In this document: piece by piece, positions 41,161 through 51,568 of the stretch
How positions within the stretch are numbered: position 1 is the stretch's first letter
How the letters are laid out: each line of letters begins with the position of its first letter
Assembly (NCBI GenBank): GCA_964570975.1
Contig: CAZMZV010000001.1
Span: forward strand, 5,084 to 67,964
Direction of reading: 5' to 3'
DNA length: 62,881 bases
Origin: an uncultured Methanotrichaceae archaeon
GTDB taxonomy: Archaea; Halobacteriota; Methanosarcinia; Methanotrichales; Methanotrichaceae
Translations under genes and position numbers: made by a program
The notes under the pieces: generated by a model
Database searches by the model: none
What the model was told of the DNA's origin: nothing
What the model saw: only the letters and a program-made list of their open reading frames with translations

Positions 41161-41523
41161 TCATCTGAGCGCTTTGATCGAGAAGTCCACACGCTCAGAT
41201 CTTCAGGCCGGCGAGACGAGTATAGCGTTTCGGCGGATCGGAGTGTGGGCTGATCAGTCTAAGACATGGGGTCCTTCGGCTATGGTTATTTTGTAAATAA
41301 CTATTTTAAATATGTTAAGTTTATTTTTGACGCACATCCTGATCTCGCGACGTCACACGTGTTAAATAACAGTGTAATTTTTAATATTTATTAATATAAT
41401 AGGAGCGGGCTTTCGATAATGATTTTCTCCTAAAATAATAGGGATATAACGATTGCGTTGAACACTTTCGTGTTCCGAAATGTTTATACATAGAAAACAT
41501 TAAAATATTTCACGGGGTAGCAG

Positions 41524-44500
41524 ATGAAGGGACTGGGGCGCAGTTGTAGCCCGACTATGCAAAGCTGTATATCTTTTCCGGCTTGGCTTAGCGTTGGTCT
41601 CGTTTTCGTTTCCCTCCTGCCATGTGTAATACCATCTGCATGCGCCTGGCCCTTCTGGCTGCCCCTCCCTACCCACCCCGACTCAGGGCTTGAGATCTCG
41701 ATCAAGAGCGACAGCTCTGAAGTAATCGCGGGCGAACGCTTGGGCTACATCTGTATACTCAGAAACGTTGGAGATAAAACGCTATCGAACATATCGGTAA
41801 ATGATGGCACAAATGAGATCGGCTATCGCGACACTCTGGCTCCAGGGGATGTGTTCAGGATCAAAGCTAAAACACCGCCATTAACTAGATCGTCGCGATT
41901 TATGATCAAAGCGATCTCAGACGGCAAGGAGATGGCATCTCAAGAGATGAGCGTGTTGGTCCGGGTGAAGGACACAAAACCGCTTCAAAATCCATCGCTC
42001 ATAGCAACGGTTGAGGCAGGCAGGATCAGCGCTCTCTCCTCATATAAAATAAAAATCGCGAATCTGGGGAACGATGAGCTCAGCCGTGTGAAGATACTCG
42101 ACAGCAGGAACAATGCTCTCGGCATAATACCCTCTCTCGCTCCCGGAGAGTCTCATACACTTTTGCTGAACTCCAAATTGGATGGCAGTTTGAAGATCAC
42201 GGCTGTAAACGAAGTTGGGTCGCCTATAATGGGCGATGTGCGATACCTAGGCTCGCCTGCAACTATCACCTCTGGCGAGTACACCCTTAAGACGATGGAG
42301 TACAGGCCATCGAACGGCCTCGAATTGATACTGGAGACCAGCAAAAGAGAGGCAAGGGCAGGAGATAATATAAGCTACAGGTGCACGGTCAGAAACTCCG
42401 CCGATGATGTGATATACAATGTGGATCTCCGCTGCAACGGAAGGAGGATGTACACGGAGTTCCTCTCGCCACGAAGGAATCTATCTCTTGAGGGTTTCTT
42501 CATCTTCAACAAGACGACGGATCTCATGGCGAACGTATCGGGAAGAGACAAAAACGGTGAAACATTAACGAATGCAACATCTGTGCATGTGTGGGGTCTC
42601 TCTTCAAAGCTGAAGATGAGAGCTAGTGCAGAGCCTCCAGCGCTTGAAGCTGGTGGTGCCACCACTATCACAATCGAGCTCGAGAACGCCGGCCCCGATC
42701 TGCTGAGGGATATCTCTTTAGAGGACAGCCTCGGCCATATAGGAGAGATAAGAGAGCTGAAGCCCGGAGAGGTTTATTCCATCAGCCGGAATCTGCAGGC
42801 CAATTCTTCGTTAGACGACGAGATATTCGCAAAGGCGGTTGATTCGAACGGTCAGGAGATCTATGCATCTGCTGAAATTGACATACATGTGTACACGCCT
42901 GGAATGAATCTATCCGTGGAGCCATCTCAGCTTCTCTTGTATCCGGATGAGGAAGCGGAGGTCTTATGCATCATAGAAAACACCGGTGAGGTCACGCTCA
43001 AGAACGTGACGCTTGCTGGACTTAGGAGCGGCAGGATAAATGAGCTGCCCCCTGGAACTGCAACGAGGATAGCGGCTACGATCAAATCGAACAGCTCAGA
43101 GGATATCGTGATAACGGCGACCGGCTACGGAGGCTACGATCAGACCGTTACCGATCAGGCGATCCTCTCCGTCAGGGTGGTCAAGCCGAACATAACAATT
43201 TCGGTGATGCCCAGTCGCATTGAGACTCCACCAGGTGAGCCCTACAACATGAGCTGTCTCGTCTCAAATTACGGCAGCGATGATCTGCATGACGTAAAGA
43301 TATCCGAAGCCGAGCTCGGAACTATCGCGAGTCTGGGCGATCTCCCAGCAGGTGAGTTCCGTGCGCTCTCTCTGCCCATAACGGTCTCAGAGAACCGAAC
43401 GCTGATCTTCACAGCCACGGCGAAGGACTCACGTGGCAGGCTATGGAGCGCATCTGCGAGATCCGAGGCGGTGATAGTTTATACAGCATTAGGCCTCAAA
43501 GTCAGCGTCTCGCCCCCAGCAGTTCGCTTCGGAGAGAAGGTCAAGATAAGCTGCGCTCTGGAGAATAAAGGTGTTGTCACATTACAGAATGTATTCGTGA
43601 CTAGCAAGATCCTGGGGCCGATAGGAAGCATAGAATATCTCGCACCAAAAGAGCGCAGAACCATCAGCATAGAGATTCCCCTCACTATGGATATCTCAGA
43701 TACGATCACTGCAGAGGGTTTGACTCCGACAAAGGTGCATGTGATCGAGCGATCTCCGCTAAACATAAGGCTTCTCAAGAGGCTGGAGCCAAGGCCATCC
43801 GAGAAGATAACCGTTCGTGAGAATATCAACACAAGCGTCTCGAGCGTGAAAGCTGTGGGGAGCTCTGCCGCAAATAATGCCACTTATAACGCTAACATCA
43901 GCACCAATAACCTAGCATACGTCCATTCTGAAAATGCCACAGACGCATCAGACAAAATAAATGTATCTGGAACTATAAATTTAACTTTAGAAAACAAAGC
44001 TCTACAGGCTTTAGAACGTGCGCAGCGAAGCCCTCTGGAGTCGAAGGAGATCTCCGCGATATCTCTTCTCAAGGAGATGTTGAGATATCTGCAGGAATTT
44101 ATATCAAAAAAACCGATCTCGAGCTCCGGGGCATTTCAAGACAGCATGCCGGACGGGAATCGCTCAACCGCATCGATGGCATCGAGGCAGGCTGTCTTGA
44201 ACACCACACTCGGAATCGAGAGCGTAGGAGATCGTCGCTCATTCATTCGCATTCTTGACATCACCGCCATACCACCTGAGCCGGTTGCAGGCGCTCCGGT
44301 AAGGGTTGTGGCTCACATAAAAGGCGACACGGATATCGATGAAGTCGTCCTTGAGTATGGGGTAGCAGATCAGAGCATAGCCAGAGCTGATATGCTCAAA
44401 ATGCGGAAGCCATCTCAGATCAAGATGTTATTGGAAAGCGGAAACCGCAGAGACGGCTACTGGAGCTGTCTGATTCCGGGGCAGAATGCCGGAACCATAC

Positions 44501-45111
44501 TCGGGATATCGGTGAGGGCGATTTGCGGACGGAGCAGCGCAGAGGACGGGCCCTACATGCTCCAGTGGGTCGCTCAAGCTCCGCCGTCAAAACCAAAGCC
44601 GCTTCCGGAGAAGAAGATCGCCATTAATGGCATGCTCTACATCGAGTCAACGACGGTCAGCGGAAGGGGGGAGGTATCGATAAGAGATACATTTACGGAG
44701 AACGCTCTGACATACGAGGAGGATCTCAAGGGCAGCGGGAATCTCAATATGGAGTACATCAGGTGCATGGAGAAATCGAATCCGGTTGTCAACTTCAGCG
44801 AGGTCAAGGATATCTCATTCGATGGCGGCGTGCTCAAAGGCTTCAAGCGTTTCGATTCTCCCGTATTTCACGGGGGAATGGGAGCCAGCATAACAGAGCG
44901 GTTCAATATGAGCGAGCTCGATAAGAGCGAACGTGGGATGATACGCTCTATAAATTACAAGAACAACACGATCGCATTCTCCACGGAGCAGGCGTTTGAG
45001 GGCATGTGGAACACCAGGATGGAATATTCGAAGTTCAGCAAGAAGATGAAGGCTGATCAGCGGCTGACCGGAAATTTCCAGATACAAAAGAACATAAAGT
45101 TCCAGGATTGA
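41524..45111 (+). CDS. Large secreted protein with tandem Ig-like repeats
   Basis: signal-like N-terminus, about seven repeats of N.G...L..V.I.D...IG.I..L.PGE, N/S/T-rich linker; start may be 41557. Confidence 0.85.
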   Translation: MKGLGRSCSPTMQSCISFPAWLSVGLVFVSLLPCVIPSACAWPFWLPLPTHPDSGLEISIKSDSSEVIAGERLGYICILRNVGDKTLSNISVNDGTNEIGYRDTLAPGDVFRIKAKTPPLTRSSRFMIKAISDGKEMASQEMSVLVRVKDTKPLQNPSLIATVEAGRISALSSYKIKIANLGNDELSRVKILDSRNNALGIIPSLAPGESHTLLLNSKLDGSLKITAVNEVGSPIMGDVRYLGSPATITSGEYTLKTMEYRPSNGLELILETSKREARAGDNISYRCTVRNSADDVIYNVDLRCNGRRMYTEFLSPRRNLSLEGFFIFNKTTDLMANVSGRDKNGETLTNATSVHVWGLSSKLKMRASAEPPALEAGGATTITIELENAGPDLLRDISLEDSLGHIGEIRELKPGEVYSISRNLQANSSLDDEIFAKAVDSNGQEIYASAEIDIHVYTPGMNLSVEPSQLLLYPDEEAEVLCIIENTGEVTLKNVTLAGLRSGRINELPPGTATRIAATIKSNSSEDIVITATGYGGYDQTVTDQAILSVRVVKPNITISVMPSRIETPPGEPYNMSCLVSNYGSDDLHDVKISEAELGTIASLGDLPAGEFRALSLPITVSENRTLIFTATAKDSRGRLWSASARSEAVIVYTALGLKVSVSPPAVRFGEKVKISCALENKGVVTLQNVFVTSKILGPIGSIEYLAPKERRTISIEIPLTMDISDTITAEGLTPTKVHVIERSPLNIRLLKRLEPRPSEKITVRENINTSVSSVKAVGSSAANNATYNANISTNNLAYVHSENATDASDKINVSGTINLTLENKALQALERAQRSPLESKEISAISLLKEMLRYLQEFISKKPISSSGAFQDSMPDGNRSTASMASRQAVLNTTLGIESVGDRRSFIRILDITAIPPEPVAGAPVRVVAHIKGDTDIDEVVLEYGVADQSIARADMLKMRKPSQIKMLLESGNRRDGYWSCLIPGQNAGTILGISVRAICGRSSAEDGPYMLQWVAQAPPSKPKPLPEKKIAINGMLYIESTTVSGRGEVSIRDTFTENALTYEEDLKGSGNLNMEYIRCMEKSNPVVNFSEVKDISFDGGVLKGFKRFDSPVFHGGMGASITERFNMSELDKSERGMIRSINYKNNTIAFSTEQAFEGMWNTRMEYSKFSKKMKADQRLTGNFQIQKNIKFQD

Positions 45112-45239
45112 GGATCGCAGTTTCGATGTCCTTGGAATAATGGTGTGATGCGCATCGAATGCTACTAAAGCGCATCATTCAACATAGCTCAAAGATCCGC
45201 AATCCGATGAACAAGACAAGGCTACGATGGCAGAAGATG

Positions 45240-45641
45240 CTAGAGGTTCTCCAGGCTGTTTCCCAGAACAGCGGTCCACCACCACCTGGCCATGTCGACG
45301 AGATCTTTGCTGAATGCTCCTGAGAGCCTGTATTCGCCCCCCCTTATCGAGATCAGGCCCGCACCCAGAAGCTTGTTTCTCATCGCATAGAATGCGGATC
45401 TGCTTATTCCAAGCTCTTTGACTATCTCCTGCCAATCCTTTGTCTTTATTGGATCTCCCGATTTCATCCTCTCCTCGATCATGCCCAGGAACCTCCTGCC
45501 CCTCAGCGCTGTGGTCTCGTCCTTGAATAGGCGCAGCATGAGCTCGTGATACGGATCTCTCGACCTGCTTATCATGTATTCCGGTTTGGATCTCACCTTG
45601 AGTGTAGTTGCGGTCCTTGGTGCATTCTTGATCTTGGTCAT
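45240..45641 (-). CDS. Conserved hypothetical protein, winged-helix-like
   Basis: WQEIVKELGISRSAFYAMRNKLLGAGLI HTH-like segment; likely start MTKIKN. Confidence 0.75.
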   Translation of the reverse strand: MTKIKNAPRTATTLKVRSKPEYMISRSRDPYHELMLRLFKDETTALRGRRFLGMIEERMKSGDPIKTKDWQEIVKELGISRSAFYAMRNKLLGAGLISIRGGEYRLSGAFSKDLVDMARWWWTAVLGNSLENL

Positions 45642-45954
45642 AACGTGACTCCAAATGTTTTGGATCTCGCTTATACGAATTCTATATTGCGGTCGTGTAC
45701 GCAAACTGCTGCAAGTGCATATGAATTTTAGGTTCTGTTCGCTGTGGTTGATACCGGATGCAATTTTTGGAGAGGACGCTGTGCATTTCGAGAACATCTG
45801 GTTCATCGTGTAGCAACATGAGTTCCTAATCGCTTAATAAATTAGACGATTGAGGTTGTTTTCCCTCGCAGAGACCGTCTCCCATTGACCACAGTAATCG
45901 AAAAGCGCTGCTCCATCTGATAATTAGATCAGCATCGAAGAGCTCTGCACCCGC

Positions 45955-46047
45955 TCAGTATCCCCTCATTATCTTTATCACAATCCTTGCGATCATGTAT
46001 GCTATCAGAAATATTATTACATAGAAGAGTATCTCAGCGATTTCCAA
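45955..46047 (-). CDS. 30-aa single-TM small protein (below ORF-track cutoff)
   Basis: TTG start, MEIAEILFYVIIFLIAYMIARIVIKIMRGY, GGAGGTG SD at 46060-46054. Confidence 0.65.
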   Translation of the reverse strand: MEIAEILFYVIIFLIAYMIARIVIKIMRGY

Positions 46048-46114
46048 ACGTTACACCTCCCGCTGCTTGCTCTCGAATATGCATACTCTGAGGAGCAATA
46101 CCATCTTGTTCGAT

Positions 46115-46155
46115 GTGCCCCACTCTCAGGCCTGAAGAACGGCGCTGCGTTCTAC
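46115..46155 (-). repeat. Hairpin repeat family H (degenerate)
   Basis: reverse complement gtagaacgcagcgccgttcttcaggcctgagagtggggcac. Confidence 0.55.
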
Positions 46156-46170
46156 TATTATCATCTCGGT

Positions 46171-48111
46171 TCATCTGCTCTTTACCGTGTATGGGAGAAG
46201 CCCTCCAGCGATGAGGATATCCCTCTGTCGCCTGCTTAATTCCATTCGCAGGGGTATCTCATGATCTCCGATAATCGCCTTCGTCTCAGATTCCCCGCTC
46301 TCAATAGCCTTGCGAATATCGGGTATTGTTATGTGCATGCCGGGTTCGATCAGCTCGTAATCAGAATCCCTGACGAAATAGAGGGGCACTATCCCGAAAT
46401 TCACTAGATTCGCAGCATGTATCCTCTCTATGGATTTCGCTATGACCGCTTTCACGCCGAGGTACATAGGGCACATCGCTGCATGCTCTCTTGATGAGCC
46501 TTGGCCATAGCTCAAACCCGCGACTATTACATTGTGCATGCCTTTATCGCGAAGCTCCGCAGCCCTTCTTGAGAAATCCGGATCCAAAGGTTCGAATACA
46601 AACGTCGAGTACTTCGGCACGTTCGACCTGTACTTGAGCCTTGAACCAGCCGGCATTATGTGATCCGTCGTTATATTGTCCTCCACCTTTATGCTCACAA
46701 TCCCTTTTATGCTATCCGGCATCGGCATGTTTCTCGGCGGCTCGCCGATATTCGGTCCTCTGAATATCTGGACCTTCGCTCTCTCACCAGGAGACCTGGG
46801 AGGTATAATCATGCTATCGTCTATCTCGAACCTCTCGGGCATCTCTATACGCGGAAACTCCATGCCCAAATCCTGTGGGTCGATGAACTCTCCCCTTATT
46901 GCTGCAGCAGCCGCGATGACAGGGCTCGTAAGATAAACATTCGCACTTGGAGTTCCGGAGCGGCCCTTGAAGTTGCGGTTGCTGGTTCTCACAGAGACGG
47001 CATCAGTTCCCGGGGACATGCTGTTTCCTATGCAGAAACCGCATGCGCTCTCGAGTATCCTGGCGCCGAAGCCTATGAGATCATCGAGGGCACCGCTCTT
47101 TGCCATCATTCTCAAAACCTGTCGGGAGCCGGGGGCTACACCAAAGCTCACGCTCGCTGGCAGCTGTCTGCCCTTCACCATCCTCGCGACGGTCATCATA
47201 TCGGTATAGGACGAATTAGTACAGGAGCCAACCAGCACCTGGTCAACAGGAACACCCTCGACTTCGCTCAGAGGAATCACATTTCCAGGGCTATGCGGCG
47301 CTGCGACAAGTGGTTCGAGCTCGGAGAGATCGATCTCGATGCTTCTATCATATGTCGCATCAGGATCCGGAGATAGCTGGATCCAATGCTCCTCTCGAGC
47401 CTGTGCTGCAAGAAACCTTCTCGTCTGCTCGTCGCTCGGGAATATCGAGGTTGTGACACCCGTCTCGGCGCCCATGTTGGTTATGGTCGCCCTGTCCGGA
47501 ACCGTCAGGCTCTTTATCCCATCGCCAGTGTACTCGCAGACCCAGCCGACATTTCCTTTGGTGGAGAGTATCTGAAGCACCTTTAGTATGACATCCTTTG
47601 GTGTTACCCACGGCTGGAGCTCTCCTGTCAGATATACCTCCATGACCTTTGGGGCTGTGAGATAGTAAGGTCCACCGCCCATCGCCACTGCTACATCCAG
47701 GCCACCTGCGCCTATCGCGATCATCCCCAGGCCGCCACCTGTGGGCGTATGGCTGTCTGAACCCAGCAATGTCTTTCCCGGTCTTCCAAATCTCTCCAGG
47801 TGGACCTGGTGGCATATGCCGTTGCCAGGACGGGAGAAATATATTCCATAACGTTCAGCAACCGATTGAAGATACCTGTGATCATCTGCATTCTCGAAGC
47901 CGACCTGAATCGTGTTGTGATCCACATAGCTCACCGAGAGCTCTGTAGCTATCCCCTCAAGCCCCATCGACTCGAATTGGAGATATGCCATAGTGCCTGT
48001 TGCATCTTGCGTTAGAGTCTGATCTATGCGTATGCCTATCTCATTACCAGGCTCGTATTCGCCGTCGACGAGATGGTCTCTCAGGATCTTCTCCGCCAGA
48101 GTGTATCCCAT
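46171..48111 (-). CDS. Aconitate hydratase
   Basis: QDATG, DHN, GICHQ, GSDSHT, GSCTN, CGFCIG, NRNF, TTDHI, GSSREHAA. Confidence 0.93.
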   Translation of the reverse strand: MGYTLAEKILRDHLVDGEYEPGNEIGIRIDQTLTQDATGTMAYLQFESMGLEGIATELSVSYVDHNTIQVGFENADDHRYLQSVAERYGIYFSRPGNGICHQVHLERFGRPGKTLLGSDSHTPTGGGLGMIAIGAGGLDVAVAMGGGPYYLTAPKVMEVYLTGELQPWVTPKDVILKVLQILSTKGNVGWVCEYTGDGIKSLTVPDRATITNMGAETGVTTSIFPSDEQTRRFLAAQAREEHWIQLSPDPDATYDRSIEIDLSELEPLVAAPHSPGNVIPLSEVEGVPVDQVLVGSCTNSSYTDMMTVARMVKGRQLPASVSFGVAPGSRQVLRMMAKSGALDDLIGFGARILESACGFCIGNSMSPGTDAVSVRTSNRNFKGRSGTPSANVYLTSPVIAAAAAIRGEFIDPQDLGMEFPRIEMPERFEIDDSMIIPPRSPGERAKVQIFRGPNIGEPPRNMPMPDSIKGIVSIKVEDNITTDHIMPAGSRLKYRSNVPKYSTFVFEPLDPDFSRRAAELRDKGMHNVIVAGLSYGQGSSREHAAMCPMYLGVKAVIAKSIERIHAANLVNFGIVPLYFVRDSDYELIEPGMHITIPDIRKAIESGESETKAIIGDHEIPLRMELSRRQRDILIAGGLLPYTVKSR

Positions 48112-48279
48112 AAGAAGTGCCCTCCAAATAATACGAAATAAAATTTGCTCCTAATCGGATAAAAGCATTCTACTGGCGCTAATAGACCTCTTCGAATTAG
48201 CAGTAGGGATCAGTAAGAGAGGTCCTAGGATCTCTCTTTTCTAAGTCGCCTTTTCATTCTCCGAACTTCAAATCGAACT

Positions 48280-48360
48280 GCTGTGTTGAAAAAGTCGAAG
48301 CGTTGTGGTCGAAAGCTATCGATTTTTGTGTGAATCTACCCCATGCGATCGAATATTCAA
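48280..48360 (-). mobile_element. MITE family C copy (degenerate)
   Basis: gctgtgttgaa..., tgtggtcg...atcgat, gtgtgaat, ...tattcaa. Confidence 0.55.
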
Positions 48361-48371
48361 GAGTAATTAAA

Positions 48372-48511
48372 CATAAGCTCCCCAACCATTAGGCAAAGGA
48401 GAGAAAAATGAGGTAACTAATATCGTTTCTTCTTAATATAACAAAGTGCCTATTGCCCACTGCTAATCGATATGCTTCGGCTTTATATACCTAAAAAATG
48501 GGTAGCTCAGG
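48372..48511 (+). mobile_element. MITE family D copy
   Basis: cataagctcccc...gggtagctcagg with 6-bp TSD attaaa; near-copy of 59154-59294. Confidence 0.85.
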
Positions 48512-48698
48512 ATTAAACACAGTAAACACACCAGCACAAATCTTACGATTTGGATTCGATAGGGAGATCTCAGCCAGCATGCGTCGAATGGCCAACGGCC
48601 CCCTCAGAAGACCTCAACCTCAAACTTCGGACCTCAGCCAGTCAAATTGCGGCGGCGCACCCTGCAGCAAGCTGCGGGGTATTCTAATAAAATAAAGC

Positions 48699-49157
48699 TC
48701 AGCTCTGCTTCTTCTCCCACCAGCCGATCTTCGCGTTTGGAACGCAATCGATCTCGGACGAGTACGGCTTAATGTCTATCAGTGGCGTGCCATTGAGCGC
48801 ATCCAGGCCTCTCACGCGTAGCTTGCGCCCCTCCACCGATATCAGCTCTGCAACGCTGAATGCTATCGGATTGGGGCGATCGGGCGAGCGTGTCGCAAAG
48901 ACGCCGTGAACCCTCCCGTCATGAGGCGGGATCGCTCTGAGGGCTTTTCTGTTTGCTCTATCAAGCCAGTAAAGGGCAATAATATGAGTGCACTGATCGA
49001 GATCCATCAGCCCATCCTCGAACTCAGGATAGATCTCTATCTCGCAGATCTCATTCGAGACCCGCCCCTGATGCGGCGCCTCCGCCCTGCTGTTGAAGGG
49101 GGTGCGAATAACCCCAATTGGTCGTAGAACCATATCACCCATAAGATCACCTTCCAT
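48699..49157 (-). CDS. trmO: TrmO/TsaA-family tRNA methyltransferase
   Basis: PIG...P.Q, GVFATRSP.RPNPI, LDALNGTPLIDIKPY. Confidence 0.92.
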   Translation of the reverse strand: MEGDLMGDMVLRPIGVIRTPFNSRAEAPHQGRVSNEICEIEIYPEFEDGLMDLDQCTHIIALYWLDRANRKALRAIPPHDGRVHGVFATRSPDRPNPIAFSVAELISVEGRKLRVRGLDALNGTPLIDIKPYSSEIDCVPNAKIGWWEKKQS

Positions 49158-49243
49158 GCATACTATTGGTGGTTGTATTAAAATAAATAGATGTTAAAGG
49201 TCCATCGTCATCGCTTATTTCGATAGGTTCTCAGCTTGATCGT

Positions 49244-50002
49244 TTAGCTTATGTTTTTCAGCAGCCGATCAGCGATATCCGACATGATGTCGGTATCTGG
49301 CAGCGCTTCGCCCCTTAGAGATGCGCTGAAAATATCGCTTCTTCTGGGTATAACGCCCACGACCTTGTCGCGATCGACCATCTTCAAAAGATCCTCTGAA
49401 TCATCATCGATCTTATTGAGGATGAAACCGACCTCCTTTCCGATCCTCTCGCCCATCTCCCCGATCTTCCGAGATAGCTGTATCGATTCGTAACATGGAT
49501 CTATCACAGCCACGATCTTATCACATCCGGCTTCCACACCCCTCCCGAAGTGCTCTATGCCGGCATCTGTATCCACAATGACATGAGCTCCGTCCGGATA
49601 TAGCTTCTCCAGAAATTCACGCGCAAGAGCACCCATCGGGCAGGCACATCCCTCCCCAAAGTCGTGGATCTTGCCTATTGCAACTAGCTTTATCATCTCG
49701 TCCCCGACCATCACCTCAGGAGGTATGTCCTGTATGCCAAAAGCTGAGGGAATTATGCTAAGGTCCTCTCTGCGCTCAGATCTTATGAAACGCATCAGCC
49801 TCTCGCTGAGCGCTTTCTTGCCGCCTAGTGATTCCATGAAGTCCCTGGGTTGTTCGAATCCGAGCAGCTTGTAAAGCCCGAAGTTGGACTCGTCGATATC
49901 GACGACGAGCACTCTCGTGCCTCTTCTGGCTATCTCTTTAGCCAGAAGGGCCGCCACTGTGCTCTTTCCGCTTCCGCCCTTTCCGCATATCAGTATCTTC
50001 AT
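49244..50002 (-). CDS. CooC/AcsF-like nickel-insertion ATPase
   Basis: GKGGSGKS, GEGCACP, DTDAGIEHFGRG, NK. Confidence 0.88.
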   Translation of the reverse strand: MKILICGKGGSGKSTVAALLAKEIARRGTRVLVVDIDESNFGLYKLLGFEQPRDFMESLGGKKALSERLMRFIRSERREDLSIIPSAFGIQDIPPEVMVGDEMIKLVAIGKIHDFGEGCACPMGALAREFLEKLYPDGAHVIVDTDAGIEHFGRGVEAGCDKIVAVIDPCYESIQLSRKIGEMGERIGKEVGFILNKIDDDSEDLLKMVDRDKVVGVIPRRSDIFSASLRGEALPDTDIMSDIADRLLKNIS

Positions 50003-50021
50003 CGAAGGCCTCCAAAAAAGT

Positions 50022-51551
50022 TCAGGCCAGGAAGGCCATCTTGTTCAAGGGAATTGGCACGCCACTTGCGACACCATTTTTTGTATAGAAGAGGTCCACC
50101 TTGCCATCGTGAGCCCAGTAGTTTGTCGGATAGTACAGTGGAAGCGCTGGCAGCTCTCTCGCATAGACCATCTGGATCTCATCTACCAACTCCTTCCGCT
50201 TCGCCGGGTCCATCTCCGAGATCTCCTTCTTCAGGAGGTCGTTCAGCTCGTCGTTCTCGTATCTGGCGCTGTTGAATCCAGCGCCTGTTATGACCTTGTT
50301 CAGAATCGCCGGATCGCCTCCCATTCCGCCATGCCCGCTGAGCGCGAGATCGAAGCTCCACTCGCCCACAGCGTTATCCAATGTCTTTGAGTCGACGCTG
50401 CGCATGTTGACCTTTATGCCAGCCTCTTCCAGGTCGTTCTTTATGAGCTCGCCAGCGCGCTCGTTGCTCGATGTCACGAGGAGCTCAACCTCTAAGACCT
50501 TTCCGTCCTTCTCGAAGAAGCTGCCCTTCTTTGTATAGCCCATCTCCTCTAGGAGATCAGCGGTCTTTGCAGGATCATGCGCATACTCTTCAACATTTGG
50601 ATTGTACCACTCGCTGTCAGGCGCGAAGAGACCTGGGCTAGCCGGAACACCATAGCCACGGAGAGACATCGTTACAAGCTTATCTCGATCTATGGCATAT
50701 GCAAGGGCCTGTCGGAATCTGACATCGGAGAACGGCTCCTTCTTGTGATTGATCATGAGCTTAGCGAGCCAGTCGTGCGCGCCCTCCAGGACGACGAAGC
50801 TGTTCTTGAGCTCATTCGCTACCTCTGGAGGTACACCAGCTGCATCGACCTCGCCGCGCTTCAGCGCCGGTCCAGCCATCTCCTCGCTCAGCTTCACGAA
50901 CTTCAGCTGCTTCACCTTCGGAACGCCCTGGTAGTAATCGGCATTCGCCTCGTAAAGGTAAGTGCCCTGAGCCTTGTTGTAATCGACAAGCTTGAAAGGT
51001 CCAGTGCCTATAGCAGCTTTTGGATCCTGGAACTCCTCTGGGCTCTTTATATCCTTATAGATGTGCTCCGGAAGTATCGGGAGCGTGCCTGCCACCTGAT
51101 CCAGGAAGGGAGCGTAGAGCTTCGAGAGATATATCTTGACCGTGTAATCGTCGATCTTCTCTGCCCTATCTATCGTGCTGCTATCAACCCACTGGTATGG
51201 ATGCTCTTTTATGTAGTTAACAGTGAAAACGACATCGTCAGCTGTGAAACCCTCTCCATCATGCCATTTGACATTTCTGTTCAGATTGAATAGATATGCA
51301 TTCTCGTCCTTAAGATACTCCCAGCTATCAGCAAGCGCTGGGACAAAACCATTCTGATCCTTCCAGACAAGGGTATCGAAGACGAAGCTCATCCGGACGT
51401 AACCAGGTCCCCTCGAGTAGTGGAGATACGGAGTCGGATATCCCCAGTCGCCGGTCGTGTCTGCAACTGTATATACTGGAATCTCCTCCGCTACCGCAGG
51501 TATTAGTAATAACAGTATAGCTATGCAAAAGGTTGTTTTCAATACATTCAT
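50022..51551 (-). CDS. ABC substrate-binding protein, family 5 (nickel/peptide)
   Basis: signal peptide, WHDGE.FTADDV.FT, GTGPF, RQALAYAID. Confidence 0.92.
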   Translation of the reverse strand: MNVLKTTFCIAILLLLIPAVAEEIPVYTVADTTGDWGYPTPYLHYSRGPGYVRMSFVFDTLVWKDQNGFVPALADSWEYLKDENAYLFNLNRNVKWHDGEGFTADDVVFTVNYIKEHPYQWVDSSTIDRAEKIDDYTVKIYLSKLYAPFLDQVAGTLPILPEHIYKDIKSPEEFQDPKAAIGTGPFKLVDYNKAQGTYLYEANADYYQGVPKVKQLKFVKLSEEMAGPALKRGEVDAAGVPPEVANELKNSFVVLEGAHDWLAKLMINHKKEPFSDVRFRQALAYAIDRDKLVTMSLRGYGVPASPGLFAPDSEWYNPNVEEYAHDPAKTADLLEEMGYTKKGSFFEKDGKVLEVELLVTSSNERAGELIKNDLEEAGIKVNMRSVDSKTLDNAVGEWSFDLALSGHGGMGGDPAILNKVITGAGFNSARYENDELNDLLKKEISEMDPAKRKELVDEIQMVYARELPALPLYYPTNYWAHDGKVDLFYTKNGVASGVPIPLNKMAFLA

Positions 51552-51568
51552 CGCTTCTCACTCCCTTT

